Positions 32,204-42,924 are shown, counted from the stretch's first letter. The stretch is DNA of 64,000 nucleotides from a bacterium (GCA_965205865.1 CBDBHR010000030.1:800001-864000), one strand, 5' to 3'. Notes: generated from the letters alone by a model not told the origin. Translations and numbers: made by a program.

Positions 32204-34702
32204 ATGGGCGCATTCGACTATAAGGCATTGTTGGGTTACCAACGTAAAAAGACACTGAATTTTTCTCAGTTTATCGATGCCTTTCTGACGAATCCTGAAA
32301 AATTTCTGCAAACTTCAGCGATCTGTATTTCGGATGCCATCAAGTATTTTGGTTTTGAAATTGTGGTGCGCAGCGGAGAACCGGTGATCAGCTACAATGT
32401 CTTCAAAGACCTTTTTTCCAATGGGATTAATGCCGTTTTTGGCCAGGAATTTTGCATCAAGCATGTGATGAACGTGGTGGATTCGGCAGATAAAGAAGCG
32501 GGGCCTAATCGAGGCATTGTTTTGGTTGGCCCTCCCGCATCCGGAAAAACAAACATCGTGGACCTCATCTGCCGGGCTTTGGAGGAATACGCGCAGCATG
32601 AAACTATCAGACTCTATACCTTTTTCTTTCAGTTTTCCGATGACAAAGGCCGGGTGGTTGAAATTCGCTCTTCCTTTCGACACAGTCCGCTTCTGCTCTT
32701 TCCGTTGACGCTGCAAAAAGAAGATGGGACTTTTAGTTGTCCGCGGCGTAACTTGTTTGAACAAATCAACAAAGACCGTCCCGAAAATGAAAAAATCCTC
32801 ATTCCCGCCCATTACCAAAATGCGACCCTGGATAAACGCAACCTCGATATCATGGAAGCCCTGGTGCAGAATCCTCGCAATAAAGGCCAATCCCTCTTCG
32901 ACATCATTGAAACCTACGTCCAAGTCGAGGAATTTGAATTTTCCAATGCCCAGGCCAAAGGCATTGCCAATATCGACGACCTCAAATCCCTCCCGATTGA
33001 AATCCATCGACTCGAATTGGGAGATGAAGATCTTGCCGTATTGAATGAACATCTTCCTGGTAAGACATTCTATCAATACCAGGGCGCGATGGTGGATTCA
33101 AACCGGGGGATTTTGCATGTTCATGATTCTTTTGGTTACAATGGAGACGTTGTCAGAAATCATGATTACAAACCACTGTTGATGTTGCTTGGAAGCGGCA
33201 AAGCGGCAATAGAATCGACTCAGGCGCCCCTGGATAACAGCGTGATCCTGACCACCAACATTGAAGAAATGGATTTGCTGGAGAGCCAACTCACTTCTTC
33301 CAAACTGCTCGACCGGATTGAAAAGGTCCCCGTCAACTACTTGCTTGACACCAATTCGGAAATGGACATCCTCAAACGGGATATGGCAAACATCCGGGAA
33401 AAATATGATTTTGATCCAAATTTGTTACGCATTGCCGCGCATTATTCGGTGATGACCCGTTTACTTCCACCATTTCAAAAGAAATTGCCACAATCCTGGC
33501 CTGAAGAAAAAAAATCTCTCTATCATCGGATCACTCCCGAACAAAAGCTATTCATATACGCAGTTCAGTCGGAAGACCCGGTAGGTTCCATTCAAAAGTT
33601 GCCGCATTGGCACCCCTTCCGCAATGAGGCCTTGCGCTTGGGTTTGAATTCTTATGACCCGGAGAGCTATACCCGGTTTATTGTCAAGCACTCCAATGCC
33701 GTCAACTTGAGAAAAACGGAATTGTTCACGGAAACTCAATTGAAATTGATTGATGACGAATTCATGCGCGCACTTTGGAATGAACACTACCCCAATGAAG
33801 GCAAACATGGCATTTCCATTCGCCAGTTGCAGAATATTATGCGCAACACCATTGCCAATTCAGACGGACGAAAAATCCATGTGGGAATCTTCTTCAGTCA
33901 ATTAAATCGCGTCATTGCAGAGGGACCCGATTTGCACCATTGGCTTTCCATCGATCCGCAATACAATGACAAAACCCACTATGTGCCGGTACGCGCTATC
34001 GGCACGCTGGCCTTGGCAGAGAAAGAAGGAGACTTTGGCGATTTCAAAGGATTGGTACAAGTGGTGAAGGGACTGTACTATGGGATCATCCGCAATGAAA
34101 TCACGATCTGCACCGTAGACCGGGATCCGGAACGTATCGAAATGGATCTGCGACGCTATCTGCAACATGCTTTGCTGGCGCGAGCAATTCACAATCGAGC
34201 TTTTTCCCACATGATGGTCCCTAAGTTTACCTTCATTGACCCTGCCGCAGGTAAAAAAGTGGACGAGCCTGATCTGAACTACATGGTTTCTATTGAAAAA
34301 ATCCTCTGCTCCGGTTCCAATTATCAATTGTTCCGTCAGGAAATTGCGCAAAAGTTTTTGGACTTGCAGTCCTCCCGAGAATTGGTGCTCGAACCTGGAA
34401 AATCCATCATCACTTCCAAAAAAGACGGGTTGCTCACCGCCTTTGCCAAAGAACATGCCCTGCTGCTTTCGCACCGCAGAGTGGATGGAGACATCAATCC
34501 GGAATTGCTCAAAAACGCGTTTTTCCACAAACGCAATGATCCCGGACAATACGAACACCATTCTCCGGAAATACGAGAATTTGCAGAGGGTATTCTCACC
34601 AAAATGTCCGAACGATTCTTCTATTCCCGGGAAATTGCCTTGGACACCATCGTACTGGCTCTCCGCAAACAGATCCTCAGTTTCGAGCAAATTTTAAGTT
34701 GA
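32204..34702 (+). CDS. PrkA/YeaG-family AAA+ protein, divergent copy 2
   Basis: LVGPPASGKT, GAMVDSNRG, LTTN, LLDRI, EGKHGISIR. Confidence 0.82.
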   Translation: MGAFDYKALLGYQRKKTLNFSQFIDAFLTNPEKFLQTSAICISDAIKYFGFEIVVRSGEPVISYNVFKDLFSNGINAVFGQEFCIKHVMNVVDSADKEAGPNRGIVLVGPPASGKTNIVDLICRALEEYAQHETIRLYTFFFQFSDDKGRVVEIRSSFRHSPLLLFPLTLQKEDGTFSCPRRNLFEQINKDRPENEKILIPAHYQNATLDKRNLDIMEALVQNPRNKGQSLFDIIETYVQVEEFEFSNAQAKGIANIDDLKSLPIEIHRLELGDEDLAVLNEHLPGKTFYQYQGAMVDSNRGILHVHDSFGYNGDVVRNHDYKPLLMLLGSGKAAIESTQAPLDNSVILTTNIEEMDLLESQLTSSKLLDRIEKVPVNYLLDTNSEMDILKRDMANIREKYDFDPNLLRIAAHYSVMTRLLPPFQKKLPQSWPEEKKSLYHRITPEQKLFIYAVQSEDPVGSIQKLPHWHPFRNEALRLGLNSYDPESYTRFIVKHSNAVNLRKTELFTETQLKLIDDEFMRALWNEHYPNEGKHGISIRQLQNIMRNTIANSDGRKIHVGIFFSQLNRVIAEGPDLHHWLSIDPQYNDKTHYVPVRAIGTLALAEKEGDFGDFKGLVQVVKGLYYGIIRNEITICTVDRDPERIEMDLRRYLQHALLARAIHNRAFSHMMVPKFTFIDPAAGKKVDEPDLNYMVSIEKILCSGSNYQLFRQEIAQKFLDLQSSRELVLEPGKSIITSKKDGLLTAFAKEHALLLSHRRVDGDINPELLKNAFFHKRNDPGQYEHHSPEIREFAEGILTKMSERFFYSREIALDTIVLALRKQILSFEQILS

Positions 34703-34752
34703 TGTTCCGGAAAAGGTCGGGCTCTTGATTGCAAAAAAGAGACAAAGTGGGA

Positions 34753-35130
34753 TCAATTCAAATCCACTGCGTATTCTTGCAATAATTCAAGAGGAACGAT
34801 ATCCAATGCCTTTTTATGCGTTCGCGTCAGGTAAATCCTGGGGGCCATGCCCTGCTGACAGGCATCCAACCAACGTGCTGCGCACAAGCACCATTGGTCA
34901 CCCGGACGCAATCCTGCAAAGCCTAATTCAGGCCGGGGAGTGGAAAGATCGTTTCCTCGAAAACGAGAGAATTCGAGAAATTCCTGAGTGACTTGCGTAC
35001 AAACCGTGTGCGATCCCAAATCTTGCTCGCTGGTGTTGCAACAACCATCCCGGAAGAATCCCGTCATGGGATTTTCACTGCAAGTTTCCAGCAACTCTCC
35101 AAATACGTTGAGTGATTCTTCTTTATCCAT
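34753..35130 (-). CDS. DUF2237 family protein
   Basis: PMTGFFRDGCC, HTVC, GNDLSTP, WCLCAARW. Confidence 0.92.
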   Translation of the reverse strand: MDKEESLNVFGELLETCSENPMTGFFRDGCCNTSEQDLGSHTVCTQVTQEFLEFSRFRGNDLSTPRPELGFAGLRPGDQWCLCAARWLDACQQGMAPRIYLTRTHKKALDIVPLELLQEYAVDLN

Positions 35131-35319
35131 TTACGTTTCTCATTTTTCTGCTGTTGTTACTTTATTGATTATTCAAGGAAAGGAAATCCTTTTTCTCATA
35201 GATCATTGTAAGCTTCCATTCAAAACAGGATCTTAGTCCTTAGTAATATTGGTATCGCCATCGCCATTAGTTATGCAGCCCAAAAGATCGTAGGGAATTA
35301 ACCATTTTGAAAACAAACA

Positions 35320-35760
35320 ACATCGCTGGCTTCACTCAGCCTCGAGCAAGCAGATGACTTTTTATTTTATCCATGACAAACGCGGCAAAGCGGGAAAAGC
35401 CAACTCGATCGCTTCCGGCAACGCTACCACGACATCAGCCAAAAAGCACTCGAGCTCTATCCTGCAAAACCTCAAAAAAAGAAACGAGGACGCCCCAAAC
35501 AGACGAAAGCAAAAAATTTACTCGATCGTTTGATCCTCTATGAAAAGGAAAGCTTGTTATTCATGCATGACCTTCAAGTTCCTTTTGACAACAACCAAGC
35601 AGAGAGAGATATCCGCATGGTCAAATTGAAACAGAAAATCTCAGGTGGCTTGCGAACTGCTGAAGGAACGCAGGCTTTTTGTATCCGAGCCCATTTCCAC
35701 TAGCAGAAAACAGGGGAAATCCATGCTCGAGTTGCTCACTCAGGCTTTGCATCCCCCGGA
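35320..35760 (+). mobile_element. IS66-family transposase remnant with internal deletion
   Basis: RWLHSASSKQMTFYFIHDKRGK and RGRPKQTKAKNLLDRL..VPFDNNQAERDIRMVKLKQKISG. Confidence 0.85.
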
Positions 35761-35859
35761 TCAAGTCCGGGACAGGCTTCACATGCTCCTCTTTGTTACT
35801 GAAACTCTCCTTTTTTTAAACGTTTCGCCCCCTGCGTGGCCAAAAGTATTCATAGCAAA

Positions 35860-36000
35860 CATAGCATCGTCAATGCGATTTTGTATGTCCTGAAAACGGG
35901 TTGTCAGTGAAGCATGCTTGCCCATGATTTACCTCCCTGGCAAAGCGTTTACGATCATTATCACCGTTGGAAAAAACGCTGGATTGTGGAGCGAACATCC
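35860..36000 (+). mobile_element. IS5-family transposase remnant
   Basis: IVNAILYVLKTGCQ*SMLAHDLPPWQSVYDHYHRW. Confidence 0.8.
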
Positions 36001-36179
36001 GCTTTTTGGCTCATGCCGAAGATGGACCGCTAAATATTTTTTTATAGCTGATCTCCTTTTTTGCGTAATTCTCCTGATCCAAACTTGCTATAGGCTTTGC
36101 GCCGCATAGTAGTGCTGAAATCATGCCTTGTTGTTTCAGGGAAGGAGAGGATTTCCGCTCGTTTGATTCAAAATTAGCT

Positions 36180-36533
36180 GTGGGAGGGTTCCCGCTTGAT
36201 CGATTGAACAATACCCTGGGAGGATGTGAAAACGATGGATCCTCCCCGGGAATCTTTTTTAAACGTTATTGAACTGAACGGCTTCTGACTGTCCCCGGAT
36301 TTGAGCAGATTTATTGATTTTTTTTGCGAATCCCGCATTTATTTTATATCAGGGGCTTGACATTGCGTTTTTGTTTGCTAAAATCAGGCCCTCACTAATT
36401 TGTTTTAGTGAAAAAAAGGGTTCCCGATCGATTGAACAATATCGTGAGAGGAATTGAAAACGATCGATCCTCCCCGGGAATCTTTTTTAATGATATTGAA
36501 CTAAACGGGTTTTTCAGAGACCTGAATAGTTAC
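36180..36533 (+). repeat. Two copies of the repeat seen at 12678, ending in IS66-type terminus CTGAATAGTTAC and bracketing a sigma70-like promoter (TTGACA 36357, TAAAAT 36379)
   Basis: Direct sequence comparison. Confidence 0.7.
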
Positions 36534-36694
36534 CCCTCAGTAAAGAAAGGACCCTATGTGTCTTAAGAAATTTCTGGCCCGCTTCGTTGGGCTGACCGTG
36601 GCAAACGTCGTGTCTGCTGCGAAAATTCGATTCGCCCAAGGGTGGGTGAATCGTTCTCAAAACCCTCAATTTAGAGAGGTTCTTATGTTTTATT

Positions 36695-38575
36695 ATGAAA
36701 AAACTTGTTGCCTCCATCGCGAGGCTGAACCCGGCAGGCGCCGTGTCTGCTGCAAAAACGCAACCCTTGTTGCTCACCCTCACCCTGATGGTGGCTGCCT
36801 TCGGGGTCAGTCCGGCCGTGGCGGCTGAGAAAGAGACTGTGTTCGACCCCGCCACCGGCAGGACTTGGACTGCGCCACAGTATGGCGGGACACTCACGTG
36901 GGCCGCCAGACACCATCCTCCGGTTATTGACCCCTGGTTTAGTGCTGGCTGGGCGCCACACTTCATCGGTGGTGTTAATGAGGGGCTTGCCTTCGCCGAC
37001 TGGGCAATATCCAGGGATATATGGATCGGCGGAAACCACCGGGTTTGGACCCCCGAGATGCACAGAGGGGCTCTGGCTGAAAGCTGGTCAATGCCCGACA
37101 ACACAACGTTCATCTGGAACATCCGCCAGGGCGTTCACTGGGACGATAAGGCGCCGGTGAACGGCCGAGAGTTGGATGCCTATGACGTCGAATGGAACTA
37201 TCACCGCTATTTGGGTCTGGGCGATTTCGCCGAAGCCGGACCCAGCCCGCAGGCAGGTAGTTTCATAAGTCTATCGGCTTCGCAAGTCGAGCACCTTGTC
37301 GAGTCGATAACGGCCACCGACAAATGGACGGTTGTTGTTAAGCTGAAGAAGCCTATACTCGATCCGTTTTCGAAATTTCTCGGCAACGATTTTTTCGTGC
37401 TCGCTCGCGAAGTAATCGAGCAATACGGCGACGCTAAGGACTGGAGGAACGTGGTCGGCACCGGGCCCTTGAGAATGACTGGCTGGGTCGAGGGCAGTTC
37501 TGCAAGCTGGGAGAAGAATCCCAACTACTGGGGTGTTGACGAAAAATTCGGGAACCGCATACCCTATATTGACAAGTACATATCCCTGCTGATGCCAGAC
37601 ATATCAACACGTCTGGCGTCACTGCGCACGGGTAAGATTGATATGTTGAGTCATCTCGGCGACGCTTATATACACTCTATCGACAATATAGAGAGCCTCA
37701 AGAAGACCAACCCTGAATTGGAGTTCTGGCCCTTTTTTGGCACGGCAGCGGGCGCTTTCCTTTTTAACCAGTCTATGCCGCTCACGCAGGACGTCAATGT
37801 GCGCAAGGCATTTCAGATGGCAGTGGACCGCGAGACAATGGCCACTGCCTACTTTAAAGGGTATGCGGATCCAGCGCCTTATGGGATGGTTGGGCAATTC
37901 AATGAGGCAGGGTGGTACTGGCCATATGAAGAGTGGCCCGAAGAGCTCAAGCAAGAATATAACTATAACCCGGAAAGGGCCGAGGAGTTGCTTGATGCGG
38001 CTGGCTATCCGCGCGGCGCCGACGGCTATAGATTCAAGATCAAGATAAACGTGTTCGACAGGTTCGAGCCGACCCATGGAGAAGTCCTCATGGGGTACTT
38101 CGACGCCATTGGCATTGAAACCACCGATCTTGATATTCTGACTCCAGCTGAGATGGGTCCTCTTGTCGGTAACCCGGACACGCACGAGTGGGCGTTATCT
38201 GCTGGGTATTATGGGTACTACGCCAGCAGCGGCTTGTTTTTTTGGCTCTGGGGTCTTTATAATCAAGCCCCGCCCGGAGTCGCGAATCATTGGGGGAGCA
38301 CCGCCAATGCGAAGGACTCGCGTATGGACGCCCTGTATGTTGCCGCCCGAGATACTACCGACATGGAGGAGTTTAAGAGTCTTTGGAGACAGGCCGATGA
38401 GATCATGGTAAAGGAGCACTGGGGCCTGGTTAAATCCCGCTCTCCTATGTTTTACGTGAGCCAGCCGTGGGTCCAGGGTTTTTTCGGTGAATCAATGATG
38501 GGAAAGGGTGAACGTAATACCCACCTGTCCCGCATCTGGATTGATAGTGAGATGAAGAAAGAAATGGGGCATTAG
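36695..38575 (+). CDS. ABC transporter substrate-binding protein, family 5
   Basis: PQYGGTL, LAESWS, NGREL, VGTGP motifs. Confidence 0.92.
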   Translation: MKKLVASIARLNPAGAVSAAKTQPLLLTLTLMVAAFGVSPAVAAEKETVFDPATGRTWTAPQYGGTLTWAARHHPPVIDPWFSAGWAPHFIGGVNEGLAFADWAISRDIWIGGNHRVWTPEMHRGALAESWSMPDNTTFIWNIRQGVHWDDKAPVNGRELDAYDVEWNYHRYLGLGDFAEAGPSPQAGSFISLSASQVEHLVESITATDKWTVVVKLKKPILDPFSKFLGNDFFVLAREVIEQYGDAKDWRNVVGTGPLRMTGWVEGSSASWEKNPNYWGVDEKFGNRIPYIDKYISLLMPDISTRLASLRTGKIDMLSHLGDAYIHSIDNIESLKKTNPELEFWPFFGTAAGAFLFNQSMPLTQDVNVRKAFQMAVDRETMATAYFKGYADPAPYGMVGQFNEAGWYWPYEEWPEELKQEYNYNPERAEELLDAAGYPRGADGYRFKIKINVFDRFEPTHGEVLMGYFDAIGIETTDLDILTPAEMGPLVGNPDTHEWALSAGYYGYYASSGLFFWLWGLYNQAPPGVANHWGSTANAKDSRMDALYVAARDTTDMEEFKSLWRQADEIMVKEHWGLVKSRSPMFYVSQPWVQGFFGESMMGKGERNTHLSRIWIDSEMKKEMGH

Positions 38576-38608
38576 GGGTTTCAGCCGTTGTGGCTGACCT
38601 TAGGAATA

Positions 38609-38640
38609 GGGAGCTGGGAGGCTCAAGCTTCCCAGCTCCC
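38609..38640 (+). terminator. GC-rich hairpin after the SBP gene
   Basis: GGGAGCTGGGA-GGCTCAAGCT-TCCCAGCTCCC. Confidence 0.5.
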
Positions 38641-38732
38641 TTACTCATTGAACCACGCCCCGATTAAATCGGGGCTCGCAATGACAAAAGAGGGGTGGCA
38701 ATGACGCGGGAAATCGCAATGAGGAGTATCCC

Positions 38733-39725
38733 ATGAGAGCGTATTTTATCAGACGGTTATTGCTGATAATCCCCACCCTGTTCATATTGACCATCATAGT
38801 CTTTCTCGCGGTGCGCTTCATCCCCGGCGATGCAATAGACGTCATGCTGTCTAGCATGGAAAGCTCTGAACTGGCTCAACGTGAGATTGTTGAGCGTATG
38901 CTGGGATTAGACGTGCCCGTCTACGTGCAGTATGGACGCTGGATAGGAGTGTTGCCGACTCCTGGCTGGCCTACCGGTGAGCCCCAGTTAAAAGGGCTCC
39001 TCCAGGGCACCTTCGGCGACTCACTGCGGGGTTGGTCGATAGAGGAGAGGATAATAGGTAGATTGCCAGTAACCATTGAGCTTGGTGCCATGGCAATCGT
39101 AATCGGGTTCGTCATCGCCCTGCCGGTCGGCATCTACTCGGCGATTCGCCAGAATACGGCCACCGACTATGCAGGGCGCACCGTCGCCGTCATCGGCTTG
39201 GCCACGCCGAACTTCTGGCTGGCAATCATGGTCATGCTCTACCCGGCAATCTGGTGGGGCTGGTCGCCATCGGTGCAGCTGATTCTTTTCAAGGAAGACC
39301 CGCTGGGAAATCTTGGCATGTTCCTCATTCCGGCCGTGATTCTGGGGACAGCCATGTCTGCCGCCACCATGCGGATGACGCGCACCATGATGCTGGAGGT
39401 GCTCCGGCAGGACTACATCAGGACGGCCTGGTCGAAAGGTCTCAAGGAGAGGGTCGTCGTTCTGAGACACACCGTCAAGAATGCGCTCATCCCGGTAGTG
39501 ACGCTCGTCGGTCTACAGTTCCCCCTCCTGATCGGGGGCTCCGTTATCTTGGAGCAGATATTCGTTCTGCCAGGGATAGGTCGTATGTTCGTGGAAGCCC
39601 TCGATCATAGAGACTATCCGGTAGTCTCCGCAATAAACTTGGTTTTTGCTACTGCGGTTTTGGTGATCAATCTCATCATCGACCTGTTATATGCTTTTCT
39701 GGACCCCAGGGTTCGGTATGAATAA
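38733..39725 (+). CDS. ABC permease DppB-like
   Basis: EAA motif; paralogue of 11045. Confidence 0.92.
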   Translation: MRAYFIRRLLLIIPTLFILTIIVFLAVRFIPGDAIDVMLSSMESSELAQREIVERMLGLDVPVYVQYGRWIGVLPTPGWPTGEPQLKGLLQGTFGDSLRGWSIEERIIGRLPVTIELGAMAIVIGFVIALPVGIYSAIRQNTATDYAGRTVAVIGLATPNFWLAIMVMLYPAIWWGWSPSVQLILFKEDPLGNLGMFLIPAVILGTAMSAATMRMTRTMMLEVLRQDYIRTAWSKGLKERVVVLRHTVKNALIPVVTLVGLQFPLLIGGSVILEQIFVLPGIGRMFVEALDHRDYPVVSAINLVFATAVLVINLIIDLLYAFLDPRVRYE

Positions 39726-39732
39726 AGGGGGT

Positions 39733-40012
39733 TAGGCTGAAGACTGAAGACTGTTAGGGCATCAGTCTAAACTTCAATCCTCAGCCTACTAGTACAGGTG
39801 TTACGAAGTAATTAACCCTTTTTGTGTCATCCCGGACTTGATCCGGGATCTGGGAAAAGTCGGTAAGCCCCCTGGAACGCCAGCCCGGTGGATTCCTGGG
39901 CAAGCCAGGAATGGCAATAACGAGAATTGAGTTCTAAATTTAAGAGAATTGTGTGAGATTCGTCGGTCAACCAGTCTAAATACCTAATCTTCGGTCTTCA
40001 GCCTTCAGCCTA
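39733..40012. repeat. Composite intergenic insert: inverted heptamer tracts (GCTGAAG/CTTCAGC) around a GTCATCCCGGACTTGATCCGGG palindrome
   Basis: Seen directly. Confidence 0.55.
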
Positions 40013-40029
40013 AAATAAATACCTAAATC

Positions 40030-40998
40030 ATGAACAACACCCAAGAAACACCCTCCCCCACCCGTAAGCCAAAGAGAGGTTCCCGGCTGGCGGATTTCCT
40101 GATCAGGCTGCTCAAGGAGCAGCCCCTGGGTACGGCCTGCGGGATGATCGTCTTGCTCTTGATTCTGGTGGCGATCTTTGCCGATGTGCTGGCGCCTTAT
40201 CCCTATAAGGAAATGCACCTGATAGACAGGCTTCAGGGCCCATCATCCCAGTATCTTCTGGGGACCGACCAGGCGGGACGAGACTTGCTCAGCCGCCTGA
40301 TCATCGGGGCGCGTATCTCCGTGCTTGTCGGTCTGGCGGCGACCGTGCTCAATGTGGTCATCGCTGTCCTGATCGGCGGCATTTCAGGATTCATCGGGGG
40401 TAAATTGGACCTGTCGGTGCAGCGCTTTGTCGATGCCTGGATGGCCTTCCCGGGACTGCTGCTCCTGCTGACCATCATGTCCATTGTGGGAAAGGGTCTC
40501 TTCCAGATCATCGTGGTGCTGGGGGTTGCCGGAGGCATCAGCGGCTCGAGAGTCATCAGAAGCGCCGTGATCGCTATCAAAGAGAATGACTATTTTCTGG
40601 CAGCCCAGGCCGTGGGCACCCCCACGAGCCGAATCCTCAACCACCACGTGCTACCCAATATTATGGCACCCGTCATTATTATCTTCTCCATTAACATCGG
40701 GGGGGTGATTATGTCTTTGGCTTCTCTGGGCTTCCTCGGATACGGTCTGCCACCCACCATTCCTGACTGGGGCGGCATGCTCAGCCGGGAAGGGCGCAAG
40801 TTCATGGAGCAGGCCCCCTGGCTGGCTCTCTGGCCCGGTCTTTGCCTGACGCTTGTCGTCTACTCCTTCAACATGTTCGGAGATGCCCTCAGGGACCTGC
40901 TCGACCCGCGGCTGCGGGGCGGTCAGGGCAGTTATGGCGCCGCGATGGTGAAACGGAAACGAGGTCTCCTGGCCAGATTGATGAACCCCTTCTCTTAG
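40030..40998 (+). CDS. ABC permease DppC-like
   Basis: LGTDQAGRD, HVLPN, FGDALRDLLDPR. Confidence 0.92.
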   Translation: MNNTQETPSPTRKPKRGSRLADFLIRLLKEQPLGTACGMIVLLLILVAIFADVLAPYPYKEMHLIDRLQGPSSQYLLGTDQAGRDLLSRLIIGARISVLVGLAATVLNVVIAVLIGGISGFIGGKLDLSVQRFVDAWMAFPGLLLLLTIMSIVGKGLFQIIVVLGVAGGISGSRVIRSAVIAIKENDYFLAAQAVGTPTSRILNHHVLPNIMAPVIIIFSINIGGVIMSLASLGFLGYGLPPTIPDWGGMLSREGRKFMEQAPWLALWPGLCLTLVVYSFNMFGDALRDLLDPRLRGGQGSYGAAMVKRKRGLLARLMNPFS

Positions 40999-41099
40999 CA
41001 GAGACGGTCTCATAGGAGCACAGAATGAATTTTGGTATTGACAATGTAGGGGCAAGTATATTTACACGGATCATCGCACCAATTCCGGAGCGACCGAGT

Positions 41100-41225
41100 C
41101 AGTTCATGATGACCAATCTCGGCTCCTGCTTCCTCGGCCTCAAGTACGCGGCGCCGATCATGAAGAAACAGGGCAGCGGCAGCAGCATCAACAACGGCAG
41201 CACCGCCGGAATTACGCTAGGCAGG
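41100..41225 (+). pseudogene. Short-chain dehydrogenase internal fragment
   Basis: TNLGSCFLGLKYAAPIMKKQGSGSSINNGSTAG. Confidence 0.7.
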
Positions 41226-41370
41226 AGCGCGAAATTGCAGGCGGAAAGAGGCGCCTTGATGCAAGAGGCGATCTCTGGGAGCTGGCAGTACAGTTGTTGA
41301 GTCCGTTGATATGTTAATTGTGGCGAGGTCATTCGCTTTTTGCTACTAAATCCGGATTGCCGAAAGAACA

Positions 41371-41732
41371 TAAGGGTTTAGGAAAGAATAAGTGTTACAA
41401 ACATCGCACAGGATTTTGTGATGGATTCAAGGCGTCTTAAGGCGGACGGCTAGTACACTGCGGCGAAAATATGTTTACAGTTATTCACATTCGACAATCT
41501 ATGCGGATGTCATTCCTGGCTTGACCAGGAATCCAGGGGGCTTACCCAAGAACTCCTGGATCCCGGATCATCCCGGACTTGATCCGGGACCGGGATGACA
41601 CTGAAGCTGTAAACGAACTTTCGCCGCAAAGTACCAGTCTTTGCATACTTTATGTATGTGAGCTTTAAGACAACGTAGAAGACAGTGCAAAAGACAAGCG
41701 AGGTCTAACAGTTATTTTTTTCTAATCCCTAA
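41371..41732. mobile_element. Three-layer nested non-autonomous elements
   Basis: Outer IR TAAGGGTTTAGGAAAGAATAA/TTATTTTTTTCTAATCCCTAA; middle IR TAGTACACTGCGGCGAAA..TTTACAG/CTGTAAA..TTTCGCCGCAAAGTACCAG; inner TGTCAT..ATGACA palindrome. Confidence 0.65.
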
Positions 41733-41748
41733 CCTGAGGAGGTGAGTA

Positions 41749-42186
41749 ATGTTTAAGAAACTTGATCATATAGGCATTGGAACTGCTGATTTCGAGAGAT
41801 TCATCGAATTCTATACAGAAATCCTGGGCTTCAAAGTTCGAGAGAGATGGAAAGTCGAAGCGGGCACGGGCTCGGCGCAGCTGGATGAGCTTGCCAATCT
41901 CGTCCTCGAAGATGGCGCAGTGATAGAACTGTTTGGGTTCAACGCAGAGGGACCCGATCCCGAATACAACGGGCCACCATTCGAAGCGGGCTTTCGATTA
42001 ATGGCCATCGAGGTGGAGGATATGCAAGAGGCTGAGGAATATCTCACCAGCAAGGGAATCGAAGTCCACCAAGCCCACAAGCTTAATCCAGCCAGATGGA
42101 TCAGGGACCCCGACGGCAATATGCTGGTCCTGTTTCCCTCGTCCGTGTATGAGAATTACAAGAAAATTGACCAAGAATCGAAGTAG
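41749..42186 (+). CDS. VOC/glyoxalase family protein
   Basis: LDHIGI, FYTEILGF, IELF, IRDPDGN; RBS GGAGG. Confidence 0.88.
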   Translation: MFKKLDHIGIGTADFERFIEFYTEILGFKVRERWKVEAGTGSAQLDELANLVLEDGAVIELFGFNAEGPDPEYNGPPFEAGFRLMAIEVEDMQEAEEYLTSKGIEVHQAHKLNPARWIRDPDGNMLVLFPSSVYENYKKIDQESK

Positions 42187-42219
42187 GGTTCAACCCGGGG
42201 GCAAAGAAAAGGAGGGAGT

Positions 42220-42768
42220 ATGGAACGGCAGGACCGCTTACAGGAAGCCTGTGAATTGATCCGCAAGCTCTTCACTGCCGAGGGCCCTGTCGATTATAAC
42301 GGCCAGTATTACAAGCTGGACCAAGCCCCACTCTCCCCAGGATCTTACCAAAAACCGCACATTCCCATTCTCGTGGGAGGCACGGGAGAACGCCGCACCT
42401 TACGGACTCTAGCGATGCATGGCGATATTTTCAATCTCGATGGTTGGGCCGGTCAGGGCATGACTTTCGAAGTGTATCAACACAAAATCGGGGTGCTGGA
42501 GCGACATTGCGAAAACGTGGGACGTGATCCTAAAGAGATCAAACACACCCTCCTGATCCCTTTGCATGTCACCGAAGACAAGGCCTCTCAGGAAGCCTTC
42601 CACAAAATGCTGGGGGCCGGGTCGATGACAGGGCCTCTCAATGAAATCATTGATCGCATCGGCAAATTCGTAGAGGCGGGAGTCGACGAGATCATGTTCG
42701 GCAATATTCCAACTGGTGATGTCGAAGCCTATCAGCGTGTGGAAGAAGAAATTGTTGCGGCCTTTTGA
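42220..42768 (+). pseudogene. LLM-class (luciferase-like) oxidoreductase, C-terminal half only
   Basis: YNGQYY, PHIPILVGGTGERRTL; N-terminal half missing. Confidence 0.75.
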
Positions 42769-42787
42769 AGGAAGAGGAGTACGCACG

Positions 42788-42890
42788 ATGAACATTCGCG
42801 TCTCACCAGAGGAACTTTGCGCCGATCGAATGTCGGCAACCCACGTTGAAAGAGCGGTCGAGGCGATAGATACCGACGGCTATGTGGAGG
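42788..42890 (+). pseudogene. Possible PhyH-like dioxygenase N-terminal remnant
   Basis: RBS, then MNIRVSPEE..HVERAVEAIDTDGYV, then an abrupt break. Confidence 0.4.
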
Positions 42891-42924
42891 ATTACGGGTT
42901 GGGAGAAGGGTGGTCTGAAGGAGA

